A DNA stretch of 64,000 bases from Blastocladiella emersonii ATCC 22665 (taxonomy: Eukaryota; Fungi; Blastocladiomycota): the NCBI GenBank assembly GCA_025594325.1, contig JANHCV010000010.1, positions 372,001 to 436,000 of the forward strand, given 5' to 3'. The notes beneath the pieces are model-generated. The model was given only the letters and a program-made list of their open reading frames with translations, was not told the origin of the DNA and ran no database searches. Made by a program: the position numbers and the translations under genes. Of this stretch, positions 1 through 14,565 are shown piece after piece. Numbering within the stretch: the stretch's first letter is position 1; every line of letters starts with the position of its first letter.

Positions 1-174
1 ACTCGTTCCGCTCGCCGTCGGTCCGTCACGTCCGCTCCCACAGCTCCGCCGCTCCCCACTGCTCGTTACTCTTTTCATGTAACACCCGCCAAAGTCCATG
101 CATCGCGCCCGAAACCACCTGCAACCACCACCCGAGTAACCGCCACCACCCACACCGCCAACCCGCCCCGCACT

Positions 175-1863
<1,689 letters not shown>

Positions 1864-2369
1864 GGAGGGGACGGTGTGATGGAACGCGTGTACATACCAA
1901 GGCTTTTGTTGTAAAACGGCTGGTTCGAGGTCTGAGCGCGTCGTAAACGATCCATGCCCGAAGTCGAAGGCGAGGCAAGGAGTGATGGCCGAAAACGCGT
2001 CGATCTCACGCACGGGATGCTGCGTGACGCGGTTTCCCTCCCAACCCTGCGCGCGCGAACGATTCGAGCGGCAGCGCTGCACCGAGTTCATGCTCTCCAA
2101 CCCGCCATGTAACTGCAACAAGCACCTCGAAACACCCCGCACAATCTTTGCCATGAATTGCATTATGCACTCGCACTAGCGGCTACGCACGCCTTGCACT
2201 TTGTTCCGAACGGGCCACAGGGCTCTCGGTACATGAAGTGATAAGCGTGCTGTCTTGCAACGTATGTCACCTGCGCGTCAGTCCCTTGGCTCAGTTTCTC
2301 GTCCGTTCGCTGACGCGAGGCGGAGTCTAGATCAACCGTCGCAACCTCGAGGATCGTTGTCATGTCTAC

Positions 2370-2950
2370 TTCCGTTGCAATCGCGCACCCGGACAACGAC
2401 CGTCGGTGCAACCTCTCACCCAGCTACCAAATGAAGCCGGTGGTTTCCGTAGTACGAGCCCGGTTTGAAATGCGACTGCTTTCCATGGCGAAATTCGTTC
2501 CTTCTGCGGATGTAACTCGATCAACGTGCCGCGCAGCTGTGTTAGACTTGGCCGTATTCCCCCGGGTGGTGTGAATCAGCGTGACATTATCTGGTGTGAT
2601 GCTTCGGTCCATCGACATCATGTTTGACAGCATCGATCGTCCGAGACTATGACCCGCATCGAAAACATTCCACGACTTTATCCCTCGCAATCACTCGTTC
2701 TCTTGGCACATCGCCCATGCGACATTTTCTTCGAAAGCGTGTTCGACCCCTTCTCAGTCACGGTCCGCGATCCCGCGCACGCGTCGGCTCCGTGCTTGCA
2801 TCTTCTCGCGCGCGACGTGCACCGCCATTGACGACCACCGCGGGTGCCTGCCCGCCTCTCTCACCCGTTTGCGCGCTCGCCCTGATAACCCGGGCGGGAG
2901 GAAAGGGCACCGCGGCGTTTCGTCAAAGTCCAGTGTTCTCGCCGCGCTCA
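2370..2950 (+). pseudogene. Highly decayed remnant of a family-A LRR gene
   Basis: 2396-2416 encodes TTVGATS, identical in protein to 27334-27314 (minus) of LRR gene A1. Downstream LRR-like words LDLAVFPRVV and GCLPASLTRL..DNPGG occur among stops and frameshifts. Confidence 0.45.
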
Positions 2951-2963
2951 AATGACTCGTGCT

Positions 2964-3428
2964 AGCACCGCGCCATCCGGGCGCGTGTGCGGGGTCGCGG
3001 ATCGCTCTGGTTTCGTTGGTTTCGTTGGCTCTCCACTGAATAGAACGCTCAACTGCTCAAACCCTCCACTGCTTCAGGCGTACGGCCCGATGCGTGCGGC
3101 TTGAGCAGCCAGTAAGCCGCGTCGCATTTCAGGGCCACGTGTGTGGCGCGGCGCGTCGAAGCGACACTAATCAAGCGCCGCACCGTCGGGCGACGGACCG
3201 GTCGATTGCAGATAGAGGAGCTGTTGCAGCTGTCATCGTCACGCGAGCTTAGAGCATGGCTGGATCCTACGTTGCCCGCGTGCTCGGGAGATCATGCAAC
3301 GGGTTGAGCACATAGTACAACGAGCCGCGGTCGGCCGCCGGCCCGCCGCGGCGAGCATCCCGTGGCACATCCCGAGCAAGAATACGCGGGACACGCTGCG
3401 CGCGCGCAACGCCGCCCGGTTGAGTCTT
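2964..3428 (-). repeat. Inverted, internally deleted duplicate of 25931-27224 (separase 3' coding fragment plus downstream flank)
   Basis: 3127-3158 is an exact 32-bp reverse complement of 27012-27043. 3299-3319 is an exact 21-bp reverse complement of 26045-26065. The minus strand translates AALRARSVSRVFLLGMCHGMLAAAG versus separase AALRGRSVSRVFSLEMLHGMLAAAG. Confidence 0.92.
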
Positions 3429-3703
3429 AAAGCGATTTCGGAGCTTCGGCGAGGAGGCAGGCTTGAAGGCTCACGATGAGCTACTGCCGCCTCCGCTAGC
3501 CGCTCCGGGACGCGTTGCGCTACACACGGCACCGCGTCGACCCTCTCGCGCTTTGACTCGCCGAAGGCGTCCGCGTGAACCTCAACGTCGCCGTTCACGC
3601 GCCCGCGAGAGGCAGTGCAAGCCCAACCAACAAGCGCCGAGTGTAACAGGAACAGCATGTATACCAACTCCCCTCCACCCACTCTGCGCGGCCTCCAACT
3701 CAC

Positions 3704-6700
3704 TCAATGCAGCCGCCCGACCTCCTCCACGAGCTTCTCGATATACTCGGCCTCGATCCGCGGGTCGTTCTCCCCGCGCGGTCCCACATTCCGGGCGACC
3801 GCCGCAAGCACCGCGGCGCGGTCCTCGGGCCCGAGATCGAGGTACTTCTCCACGAGATCCCCGTCGACGGCGCCGTGCATGGCGACGACCTTGCGCGGGT
3901 TATGGAACTGGCGCCACACCCCATACTCGAGCCCGCCGACGGGCGGCGCGCGGTCCGCGAGGTACGCGGCGAGCACTTCCTGGAGGGCGAGGAGCGCGGT
4001 AAAGTCGGCGTTGCGCGGGACCGTGGCGACGACGCCGAGGTGCCCGTGGACGCTGGCCGAGACGAACAGCGGGGTCACGGCGGCCGCCTCGCCGCCGTTC
4101 GCGGCCGCGGAGGTCGGCGGCGGGCGGATGCTCCCGCGGCGGAACCGGTTGACGAACTCGCCGAGATGCAGCTCCGAGGGGATCTCGAGTCGGCGTCGGC
4201 GCGCCTCGTCGTCGGCGGGCGTGGCGCCGGGCTCGACGGGCTCGCCGGCGCCGACGCGGCGCGCGACGTACACGTTGTGCTCGGCGTCAGCCGCCAACAC
4301 GTGGTCGTCGTCGACGGTGGCGATGGCCGTGACCCACGACGGCGCCGGGTCCTTGGCGACGAGCTCGAGCGAGCGTTTCGCCGCGTTGAAGAGCAGGATC
4401 GTGACCGACTTCATCAGGTCGCCGACCACCACGTAGTCGCCGCGCGACTCGAGGAACAGCGCGATGATGAACCCGGGGTGCGAGCACACGGGCTTGAGCT
4501 CGCGCGGGTGCAGCTGGTGCCCGGTCTCCTCCCCACCGGCACTGGCGCCACCGCCGTCCACCTCGAACACGTGCACGCGGTTGTTGATCCCGGCCGCGAT
4601 CCGGCCGTCGGGCAGCTGCGCGAACGAGTACACGGCGCCCTTGACGGTAGTGGCCGAGACAAGGCGGAGGGACCGGTCGGGCGCGACGCGGAACATGAGG
4701 ACGCGGCCGCGGCGCGGCTCCTCCTCGCCGGGGACAACGTACGCGGTACCGACGGCGACCACCGAGTTCTCGGTGTCGAGCAGCGGGACGGCGAGGAGCG
4801 ACAGCGCCTGGGGCGACTCGCTGCGGTCGAGGGCGAACTGGGCGACGACGTCGAGCGAAGCGTCGTCAAACAGCTTGATGAAGGCCTCCTCGTCGGGCGT
4901 GCCGGGTGCTGCCGCTGCGGCTGCGCTCTGGGTGAACATGGCGGTCTCGTCGAGCCGCTCGATGGCGACGGCGAGCGTGCGCGAGGCCGCGTGGTGCGCG
5001 ATGCGGCGCGGCATCTCGCCGTTGAGGTGGTGCGTGGTGATGTGCAGGTTCTCGATCGGGTCCATGGTCCCGAGCGTCAGCCCGTCGTCGGCCGCCACCA
5101 GCAGCGCGTCGCCGCCAAACGCCTCGGACTCGAACGAGCACACGTCCGTTGTCGGCTAGATGTGGGGTAAACGGTCAGTTCTGGGTTCCCAAACGACTCT
5201 CGTAGAGATAGCGTACCGGTAGGTTGACGTTCGAGTACATGAGCTTGCCCGACATACTCGCATGCAGGACGATCGGGTGGTCGCATGACCCGAACACGAG
5301 CGTCTGCCCCGCGCGGCGGAACCGGGCGAGCCGGAGCGGTTTAGTCCCGACAGCATGCACGCGGGCCGACGCCGGGTCGATCGCCTTGCGGTCCACGCTC
5401 ACGTCGAACGAGACGAGCGACCCGTCACCGCGTCCACACAGGAGGAACGCGACAGCCGCCGCCGCAGGCCCCGCCGCCCCCGCGGCCGACTGCACGTCCC
5501 ACTTGGCGAACGCGAGCGACCGCGCCTCGTACTCGTCGAGGGCGAGCTTGACGACGGGCGTCCACGCGGGCCACGCAAACACGAGGACGGCGCGGTCCCA
5601 CGTCGCGACGGCCGCGAGCCCGAGTTCGGCGTGCACGTCGATGCACGCGATGTCGGCGGAGAGCGGGACCGATTTCTCGACGGGGTTGGCCGGGTCGAGG
5701 TTGAGGTCGACGACCGTCGATTTCAGGGCAACGACCGTGTGCGTCGCGCCCGACGCCGGGTCGGTCACGATGCGCGCGTCGAGGACGGGCTCGTTCTCGG
5801 GAGCGGCCCACGCCGAGACGGACTGCGCGGCCGCGAGGTCTCCCTCGCCCGCGGCGTACATGGCGGCGCCGCGCGCCGTGACCTGGACGACGTGCCCGTT
5901 ATCCCCAACCGCCGCGAGGGCGAGCGTCGCGGCATCCTCGACGAGCGGTCCGGCGTGTTCGACCTGGTCGAGGTCGTCGCCGCGGAGCGCGAGGAAGACG
6001 GTCTGCGTAGTCCCAATCGACAGCGCAACCAGGGCACCCTCACCCACGCGGCACGCGAGGACGCGGGCGAGCGCGGGCAGCTCGATCTTGACGAGGGGCG
6101 AGATCTCGATGCCGTGGCGGATGACGCGGAGCGAGCCGTTGTGGAACGCGCCCGAGCACGTCACGAGCTGTCCCGCGCCGGCCTGGCCGGGCGAGTCCAT
6201 GATGACAAAGTCGGAGACGGGGCCGATGTTCGGGAACGCGCGGACCGTCTCGATGCTGCGTCCGTCCGCGTCGGGCTTTTGGAGCAGGCGGACGAGCGCC
6301 GAATCCCCAAAGTGCGAGCCGAGGTACGCGTACCCGCCGTCGAGGTACGTGAGGGTGGTGCAGGTGGTGGTGTTGCCGAGAAAGTAGGCGCCGAGCTGCG
6401 CCGGACCCCCAGCGGCGGCGGGCCGCTTGATGGACAGCAGCGTGTAGTTGCCGGTCACATCTCCCACGAGGATCCGCGAGTCGTCGTTATCGACGGGCGA
6501 GTACGTCTTGACGAGCGAGTCGCGCGGGAGCGTGATCTGGGCGGGCGGCGCGGCGAGCGGGGACGCCTTGGCGAAGTGGAGGACGGCGCGGTGGGCGAAG
6601 ACGAGGAACCCGCCGTACCGGTCGTGGAGCGGGACGAGGAGGTGGGCGGACGCGGGCACCGTGACCTGCTTGATCGGGCCGGCCGCGAGCTCCTTGTCGC

Positions 6701-7448
6701 GGAGTGACACGGTGTAGGTGCGGACGTGGCGGGTGCCCTTGGCGTCCTGGAACAAGACCGCAAAGGCGTCGGTGTCGTCGCGCAGCGCCGCGAGCGAGAG
6801 CACGTGCTGCTCGGGCATGCGGATGGTGAAGGGCTCGGGGAGCTCCTCGGCGACGCTGTTGGCGGCAGTCGCGGTGCGTTTCCCCTGCGAGCGCGTCGAC
6901 AGAGTGGGCGCGGCGGACACCCCCGAACCGGCGCGGCGCGGGTTGCCCGAGTCGTCGAGCGGCACGATCTTGAGCATGCCCTGGTACAGGAGCAGGCCGA
7001 GGAAGCGCGCCTTGGGGTCAACGAAGCAGAGGGGCGCGTCTTCGATGGGCCGGCCGGCGCGCTCGGCGAGGGACCCGGCTTGCTCGGTCACGAACCGCGC
7101 GTGCGTCGCGTCCCAGCTGAGGATCGCGTACTGGAACCGCTCGGTGCAGATGAACAGGCAGTCGGTGCTGCGCTTCTACACTCCCGATCGAAGGGTCAGT
7201 AAGGGCGGGCGCGGTAGGGAAGCGAGCGGACAACGCACGCTCGACCGGTACAGCTCGAGCAGCGTGAGGCGGCCGTACAGGCGCTCGGCGTGCATGAGCT
7301 CGAGGCCGTGGGTGCCGAGGCGGTAGATCTCGAGCGACGAGCACTTGGCGACGACCAGGTTGATGTCGTGCGGGCCCGTGAAGCAGCCCTTGCGCGAGTG
7401 CGTGACCGACGACGGCGGGAAGGCCGTGACGAAGAGCGGGTTGACCAT
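3704..7448 (-). CDS. DDB1: DNA damage-binding protein 1 (CUL4 adaptor), 3 exons, ~1206 aa
   Basis: Exons 7448-7239, 7175-5217, 5155-3704. Motifs TAFPPSSVTHS, GLLLYQGMLKIVP, YLGSHFGDSALV, CSGAFHNGSLRVIRHG, VVGDLMKSV, HLGEFVNRFRRGS, VDGDLVEKYLDL. Confidence 0.95.
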
Positions 7449-7543
7449 GGCGTTGCGTTGCTGATACTTTTCTTATTGATTCATGGGAAGCGGGTTGGGG
7501 CGGGGGAGAGAGGGAGGGAGGACGGGCGCGTCGAAGCGAAGTG

Positions 7544-7549
7544 ACGCGT
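7544..7549. promoter_or_regulatory. MCB-like ACGCGT site upstream of DDB1
   Basis: ACGCGT about 95 bp upstream of the DDB1 ATG in a 188-bp intergenic gap. A 6-mer is common in GC-rich DNA, so support is weak. Confidence 0.25.
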
Positions 7550-7636
7550 TCGCCCAAACTGTCGCGATCGGCCGTTTGCTGACGATTCCCACACGTGCCC
7601 CTCGCATGCCCACATCACCCGCTATATCACCAACTC

Positions 7637-10171
7637 TTACAACACGACGTGCTGCGCGTACAGCAGCCGGCGGACGGTATCGTACTCGCGGCAGACGGGT
7701 CCGTGGAGCGCGAGGTCGCCGTTGGCCGTCTTGTACACGGCGATCTTGTCGTTGACCACGAGCACGCCGCGCTCGAACCGCGCGTCGAGGGCGTGCGCGT
7801 CGAGGACCGCCTTGAACTCGGCGAGCCGCACGGTCCCGATCACGACGGCCGGGTGTCGCCGCGCCGCGGTATCGTCGACCACGTCGAGGACGGCGACCGA
7901 CGACGTCGCGCCGCCCCCACCACCCGCGGCGGGCGCAATCGCTGCAGACGACGCGGCAGGCCGCACGACCGCCGTGACCGCGCCAATCTCGTGCTTGCCG
8001 TACCGGTGCATGGTGATCCCCGTGAACAGCGCGTCCGTGAGCTTGACGTGGGCGACGAGGTTGGTCGCCGACAGCGCGACCGCGTCGCCGACCTTGGGCG
8101 CGTGGACTGCCGCAACGGCATCGCCACCCGCGGTCGCCGTGACCGTCGCCGCCTCGTCCGTGTTCAGCTCGGCGAGGGCGTCCGTGATCCGGCCGACGGC
8201 GCCGTCGGTATCCGCGTCGCTGGCGCCCGTGAAGGCGATGGCGCGCGCGTGGACGAGCGAGAGGATGTTCGCCAGCGCGTCGGCGTCCGAGAGCCCGGCG
8301 AAATCGACGACGCGCGCGCGCACATTCACACGCACGGTGACGGTCCGGGTCACGTCCTTGGTCGGCGCCGCGTCCTCGCTATCGACATCCATCAACTCCT
8401 CGGCCTCGGCGACAACGCGCCCGGTCCCGTCGCGCTCAGCGGCCGCGGCCTCGGCGCGTTTCCGGGCGGCAGCCTCGCGCTCGCGCTCCATGCGGTCCGC
8501 GTCCGTCAGGTAGTGGTCCTGCTTGACGACCTCGCCGTACTCGTCGAACCGCCGCCGGTGCTCGGCGAACGGGAACCGCGCCCGTGGGTTGCCGCGCACG
8601 TACGCGTCGTAGCCGGCGAACTGGACCACGGCCGCGGCGGCCGCGTCCTTTTTCAACTTTTTCACGGCAGCCGCCGCCGTCGCCTCCTCGGACCCCTCGG
8701 CGCCGTCAGCTGCCGCAGCAGCAGCCGCGGCCTTGCGCTTCCGCGCGGCCCTACGCTCGCGCGCCGCGTCGTCGTCCTCGTCGTCGTCTTCATCCGACAA
8801 GTCGGCCTCGATGATCGACTTGTTCTGCGCCGCGAGCTCGGCCGCGACACGCGCCTCGCGCTCGCGCTGGGTGTCGCGGGCGGCGAGGTACCGCTTGAGC
8901 TCGTCGCCCTCGAGCGGTTCGCGGGCGTACTCGCGCACCTCGACGTCCGTCACGACGTCGACGATCTCCTCGAGGCTTGGGCTCGCGCGCTTGACCTCGT
9001 CGTAGATAGCGCGCGCGAGCGTCGCCTCGCGCGGTCGGCCGGGCAAGAGGACGAGGTGGCGCGGCGCGTTGGCGTGGTCGAGGAACACCTGGCGCGAGAA
9101 CCCGAGGTCCAGGTCCTCGTCGGACGCGAGCACGAGCTTCGGGTCGGGGTGTTTCCGGAGATCGTCCCACGAGGCCGCGAGCTTGACGTACGTGAAATCG
9201 AACGGCTGGACGCGGGACTGGGAAAACGCCTGGGTGAGCTGCTTCGCGTACCACTCGAGCATGCCGCGCGCCGAGTGCATGACGCGCGGCGCCGTGTGCG
9301 AGAGGACGACGATCGGGTACGAGATGCCGTCGTGCTTCCACCGCTCCTCGAGGACGTGCGCGAGCTCGAGCACGCGCGACGCCGTATCGACCGGGATCAC
9401 GACGTTGCCGCCGGTTTTCAGCGTGTCGAGCGCCGAGTGGACCAGGGCGTCGTCGCGCGTCTTGATCGAGGTGCCGGGCGGGGTGCGGCAGCCGGCGATC
9501 AGGAGCGAGGGCCGCGCGAGCGCCGGGAGCACCGAGTTGCCGCCCTGGAACAGCTCGGTCGGCGACAGGTGCGTGTCGCGGCGGTGGTTGATGTCCATGG
9601 CGTAGACGACCTCCTCGGACGCGTTCTTGATCTTCCAGATGGTCCCGCCGACCGAGTGGCCCGCCGAGAAGGCCGTGATGAGCGTGCCCTGCGCCTTGCC
9701 TATACCAGCGCGCGGTTAGCTTGACGCGGGAGGAGGCAAATGTCCACGAAACGCACCAGCGAGCCCGACGGGCTGCGAGTACCTGAGCAGCGTGACGCGG
9801 TTGAACGCGACATCCACGTCCCTCCTCGTAAACGCCGCGTACCCGGACTTCATCTTCCGCGTCATGAGCGCGTCATGGACCGTATGCCGTGCCATGGTCT
9901 GGACGGGGAACGTGGCGTAGACGGGGCACGTCAGGCCGAGCTTGGCGGCGGCGTAGGCGAGCCCGCCGCAGTGGCGCAGCGACCCGTGCGAGAGGAGCAC
10001 GCAGTCAATGTCCGAGGCGTGCTTCTCGAGCTCGCTCAGGTCGGCCGGGTCGAGGTCGCCCGTCCACCCGCAGTCGAGCAGGATCTTGGCGTCGTCGAGC
10101 TCCAGCAGGCCGCACACGCCGCGCTCGGACCGCGCGCCCGACAGCGGGATGAACCGGATGTAGCTGGTCAT
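7637..10171 (-). CDS. CPSF2: Cleavage and polyadenylation specificity factor 100 kDa subunit (Cft2), 2 exons, ~825 aa
   Basis: Exons 10171-9757 and 9699-7637. MTSYIRFIPLSGA..LLELDDAKILLDCGW, AGHSVGGTIWKIK, YAMDINHRRDTHL, GNVVIPVDTASRVLEL, VDFAGLSD; metallo-beta-lactamase/beta-CASP layout. Confidence 0.94.
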
Positions 10172-10429
10172 TGCATCGAGTGTATCGGGGGGTGGATTCG
10201 TTGCAAGAAGGGGTCGGTGTGGTTGAAGGGAGGGGTGATCGACGTCGCGTCGTTCGGGCCGTGGCGACCACCGCGACCACCGACCTCCTTCGCCCTTCGG
10301 CCACCGACCACCACCCGAGGATGCGCAAGGAATCACGGAATCACTATTCAACGAGAGGGGAGAGAGAATGGGAGGGAGAGACAAAAGAGAGGGAACATAA
10401 ATAAACGCCGGCCGTCGTCCACGGACACG

Positions 10430-13400
10430 CTACCCGTCCGCCGCCGGCCCCGCCGTCGCCGACGACGGCGCAGATGCCGCAGCAGCGACCGCGACGCCCG
10501 AGAACGGTCCGGCGGCCTGCAACCGTCCACCGACGACAGGCCCGACCTCGGCAAGCGGCACATTGGGCGCGATGTCGGCGAACACGGACTCGGCGGGCGT
10601 CCTTGCGAACTCGTCGCTGTCGAACGCGACGCCGACCGTCGCGATGAGCGCGCGGCGCTTCTCCATAAGCTGGACGACCGCGTCGGGGAACGGCGGCAGG
10701 CCGACGGGCGGTGCGCCGAGCCCACTCGCGACCTCGGCTGCGGCCACCGCATCAGCGGGCAGCGTGCCGGACCCGGACGCGGTATCGTCGACGGTGCCCG
10801 ACCGGCTGCGGTCCTTCTTCTTGGACTTTTTCGGCGGCGGCTTGGTCGTGTACCGCGCGGTGAAGGCCTTTTCGAGCGCGCGGTCCGTCTCGTCGAGGAT
10901 CGCGCGGTACTCCTGGTACGCGAGCCGTTTGCGGGCGAGCTCGAGGACGCGCGCGCGGCGTGCCCGGTTCACGGCCATCTGGGCGCGGAGCGCGCGTTGC
11001 GCGGCGCGCAGCGTCTCGGCGACCGGGTCGTCGTCGCCGCTGCCCGTAGGGAGCTCCTACAGTCAAGGTGCGAGCGTCAGAATTGTCGCGTGGTAAGGAT
11101 AAGAGTGGAAACCGCACCTCGTCATGCAACACGCCGATGGCGCGCAACTCGCCCTTGAGCCGGTTCTCGAGCGACTCGACCTCGCCGTTGGCCACGATCC
11201 GGGCGAAGATCCCGCCGCGGACCACCGCCCCGCCCGCCCCGCTCTCCTCCTCCCCCGCGGCGGGCGCGAGCTGGAGCTGCGGGACATCCACGACGCCGTC
11301 GACATCCATCATCACCCCACCGCTCCCACCATCATCCCCGTCCTCGCCACCCTCTTCATCACTCAGATCATCCTCGCCATCCGAATCCACCCCTGCTGCC
11401 GCTGCCGCTGCCGCCGCCGCGGCCCCCGCCGCCATGGGCCACGGGTCGGGGAGGAGACACGCGAGGAGCCGTTCCGCGAGCGGCGGCGCGCGCCCGGGCG
11501 TCGTGGCCCACGGGTACCGCGCGCTGACGGGTGCGGCGGCGGGCGCCGTGGCGTCGCCGCCGGCGGGCCGCGTGTGCATCCGGTCGAACGCGAGCGCGGC
11601 GTCCGCTACCGATGGATCCGGGCGCGCCGAGAGCCCGAGGGCGCCCGCGGCGATCGCGGCCGTGGTCTGCAGCGCGACACCGGGCGGGGGCGGCGGGAGA
11701 GCGGGGAGGCCGGGCGGAGCGGGGGCGGGCGCCGAGGTGGCGGCGAAGGGGTTGCCGGGCGCGAGCGGGAGGGCGAGCGGGACCGCGGCCGCCGCGGCCG
11801 CGTCAGGGCCCAGCGCGGATCCGGGGCCGACCGCAGGCGTCGGCGGGTGCGTCGCGCCCGCCGCAGCCGGTGGCGGTGCGGGCGCGCCGAGCGGCGGCAC
11901 GATGAAGAAGCGCACATCTTCGGGCGCAATCACATCGTCCACCCCACCCGCACCCCCACCGTGCCGCAAGCTCGGGAGCGGCGGCGTCGGCTGCTGCTGC
12001 TCCCCCACCGCTTGCGGCGGGACGAGGGCAGCAAGATCGTCCTCGGCGATAGGCCGGAGCCACGGGTCCATGTACGCCCAGAACGTGGTCGCCAACGTCT
12101 GCTGCGCGTTCTTGGCCGCCGCGGCCGTCGCGCGCGAGTAGTCGTCGCCGCGCAGGGTCTCGGTGACGGGGAGCGCGTCGAAGGGCGGGAGAAAGTTGCG
12201 GTAGTAGTAGGCGCGGTCCGTGTACGTGACGCGGGTCTCGCCGCGGCGCACGGGCGGCGGGACCGGGGGGTTGGCGGCGGACGCGGTGGTGGCGGGATTG
12301 GCCGGCGCGGGCGAGGACGAGCGGGCGTCGCGAGCACCAGGCGCGGCGCCCGTCGCCTGCTTCTTGAGCAGGTTGCCCGCGGCGGATGAGGACGACGAGG
12401 AAGACGAACCGCGGTCGCGGCCCTGCTTGTCGTGGCGGCGCTTCTTCGGGTTGACGGGCCCCGCTGCTGTTGGCGGCGGTAGCGCGCCGGGGACCGCAGC
12501 GGACGCGGAGCCCGACGGCAGCGGGAACACGGGCGGCTGCGCTGCCGGTTGTGGCGGCAGTTGTGGTGGTGGCGCGTGGAACACGTCGGCGCTGCCGCCG
12601 GGGAACTTACCCGCGATCGGCCCCACCGACGCGGACGCGGATGATGCCGCGACAGCCGCAACCGCCGCCGCGGCTTTACGCGCGGCGGCAGCGTCGGGAC
12701 CCTCGAGCTTGATCTTGATCTTGGGCGGGGGCGGGGCGGCCGGGTGCTCGCCAGCACCGCCGACCTTTCGCCGCTTGGCGAGCGGTTCGGGGGTCGGCGG
12801 GAGGCCGCCCTCGCGCTTGATCCCGGACGGCGGGATGAGCGGCGGCGGCGGGAGGAGGTGCGTCTCGGGGCCCGCCGAGGTGGTGGCGGGTTCGGGCGGG
12901 CGTTTGCCGATGCCGATGGGCGCGGCGGAGTGCGGCGGGAAGGCCGAGGATGGTGGTGGAGGTTGTGGTGGAAGACCTAGATGTACGAGCGTGAGTCCAC
13001 GTCGTAGCGGCGGATCGCGCGTGAGAGGACGCGTACCAGAGCTCGGCGCTCCCCACTTACCCGCGGACGTCGGCCGCGCCGACGCGTGCACGTTGGGCGT
13101 GGCGGCGGACGAGGCCTCGGCCGAGGTGTTGGCGGTAGTCGACCCGAGGTCGGTGAGCGAGTCGCGCGACGAGTGGGCCGACGCTCCCGCGCACGCTCCC
13201 ACCACGACCTGCTCAACGACTCCCGGCGGACCCGGCGAAAACGGCCCCACCCCCGCCGCCCCACCCCTCGCGAGCGCGATCCACCGCTCGATCGCGCTAA
13301 TTTCGCGGTCCATGTCACCGGCGCGCGCAGTGGCGAGGGCGAGGAGGGCGGCCATCTCCTTGGCGAGGGCGTCGAGGCCGTCCTGGGCGGGGATGTGAGC

Positions 13401-13793
13401 GGGCTCGTCCTCGTCGTCGTCGGGCAGGTGCATGTGGAACAGGTACGAGGTCTGGGCGGCGGCCTGCGGCAGGAGGGCGCGGGCGGGCGCGGGCGGCAGG
13501 CCGGCGACGGTGCGCCAGTTGGCGACGGGGCCGAGGGATGGCGGTGGTGGTGGCGGGGCATGATGTCGCGCGGGCGAGCGGGACGGCGATCGTGGCGGGA
13601 CAGGGTGCGGCGGTGGTGGTGGTGGCGGGTCACCGGCGCTGCTACTGCCGCCGCCCGCGCCGACGACGACGCGCTGCAGTGGCGGGAGCGGCGGCTGCGG
13701 CGGGAGCGGCGGCAGTGGTGGCGGGACGGGCGGCGGGGGCGGCAGCGCGGACCCGTTTGCGTGGTCGGTGTGGTTGTTGCCGGCGGGCGTCAT
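10430..13793 (-). CDS. ADA3: SAGA/ADA complex subunit Ada3 (Ngg1) with long Pro/Ala-rich N-terminus, ~1080 aa
   Basis: Exons 13793-13037, 12976-11118, 11056-10430. Ada3-like TFWAYMDPWLRPI, LAERLLACL, LENRLKGELRAIGVL, DDPVAETLRAAQ, RLAYQEYRAILDETD. The start codon and first intron are inferred. Confidence 0.85.
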
Positions 13794-14565
13794 GATGATG
13801 GCGGACGCGCGGCGCACACGGTGACGCGAGACGAGCGTGCGAGACGCGCCGCGCAATCGCGTGAGCGGCGCGTGCGAGCTGGGGTGGTCGGCGGGTCCAA
13901 TCTGAGCGATCGGACTCGACTCGACGCGCTTTGCTGCGCGCTGCTCACGGGCACGGTGCGCCGCCGCACTTGGTGCGGGCGATGGCGAGAGGGCGGCGGT
14001 GGTGGTGCACGCTAGGTCGGCGATCGCCGAGCGGGTGCAGCCGGCCGCGAACACGTCGGTCGCGTTCGGCTTCTTTCACTCCTCCTCCTCTAGCCCAGCT
14101 CTCCTCGTCACGGAGATTTCCAGCGCCTGCGCGTGGGCGATGTCCGGCGCGCGCGCAAGGGTGGTGGTGGTGTGGTGTTGGGTTGGCCGGCAGCAGTCGG
14201 CGGCGGTTGTCGATGCGTGCGCTCCGTGGTCGGTGGCCGTTGCGGGGAAGGCGCGCGCCCTTGGTTTCGCTCCCATCCCGTTCGTTCGCGTGCCTGCTCA
14301 GACACTTCACTTTGACTCATCACCTGACTCTCCCTGCGCTGACCGGCCTGGCAGGCGCGGCGCGTGGGGGTCGCGTGCGGGCGCGATCCAAACGGCCGCG
14401 AGGGGCGTGGCAGCCGCCTCACCTGATGCCGGCCCGATCGCAACCCGGCATCGGCGCGCGTTGACCGCCGCCGCCACCACCATCCTCTTGTTCGGAGACG
14501 ACGACGACGTAGCAACGACGCCGCCGACTGCCGGCATCCCGCTGTTCCCGCCGCATACCGCCACC

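Noticed and set aside
3704-10171. Adjacency of DDB1 and CPSF2 as a functional cluster
   Set aside because: DDB1 is structurally related to CPSF1, not CPSF2, and no pathway link is supported by the sequence.
13794-14054. N-terminal extension of the ADA3 ORF from a non-ATG start
   Set aside because: First ATG with coding-like composition is 13793; upstream sequence looks like leader or promoter.
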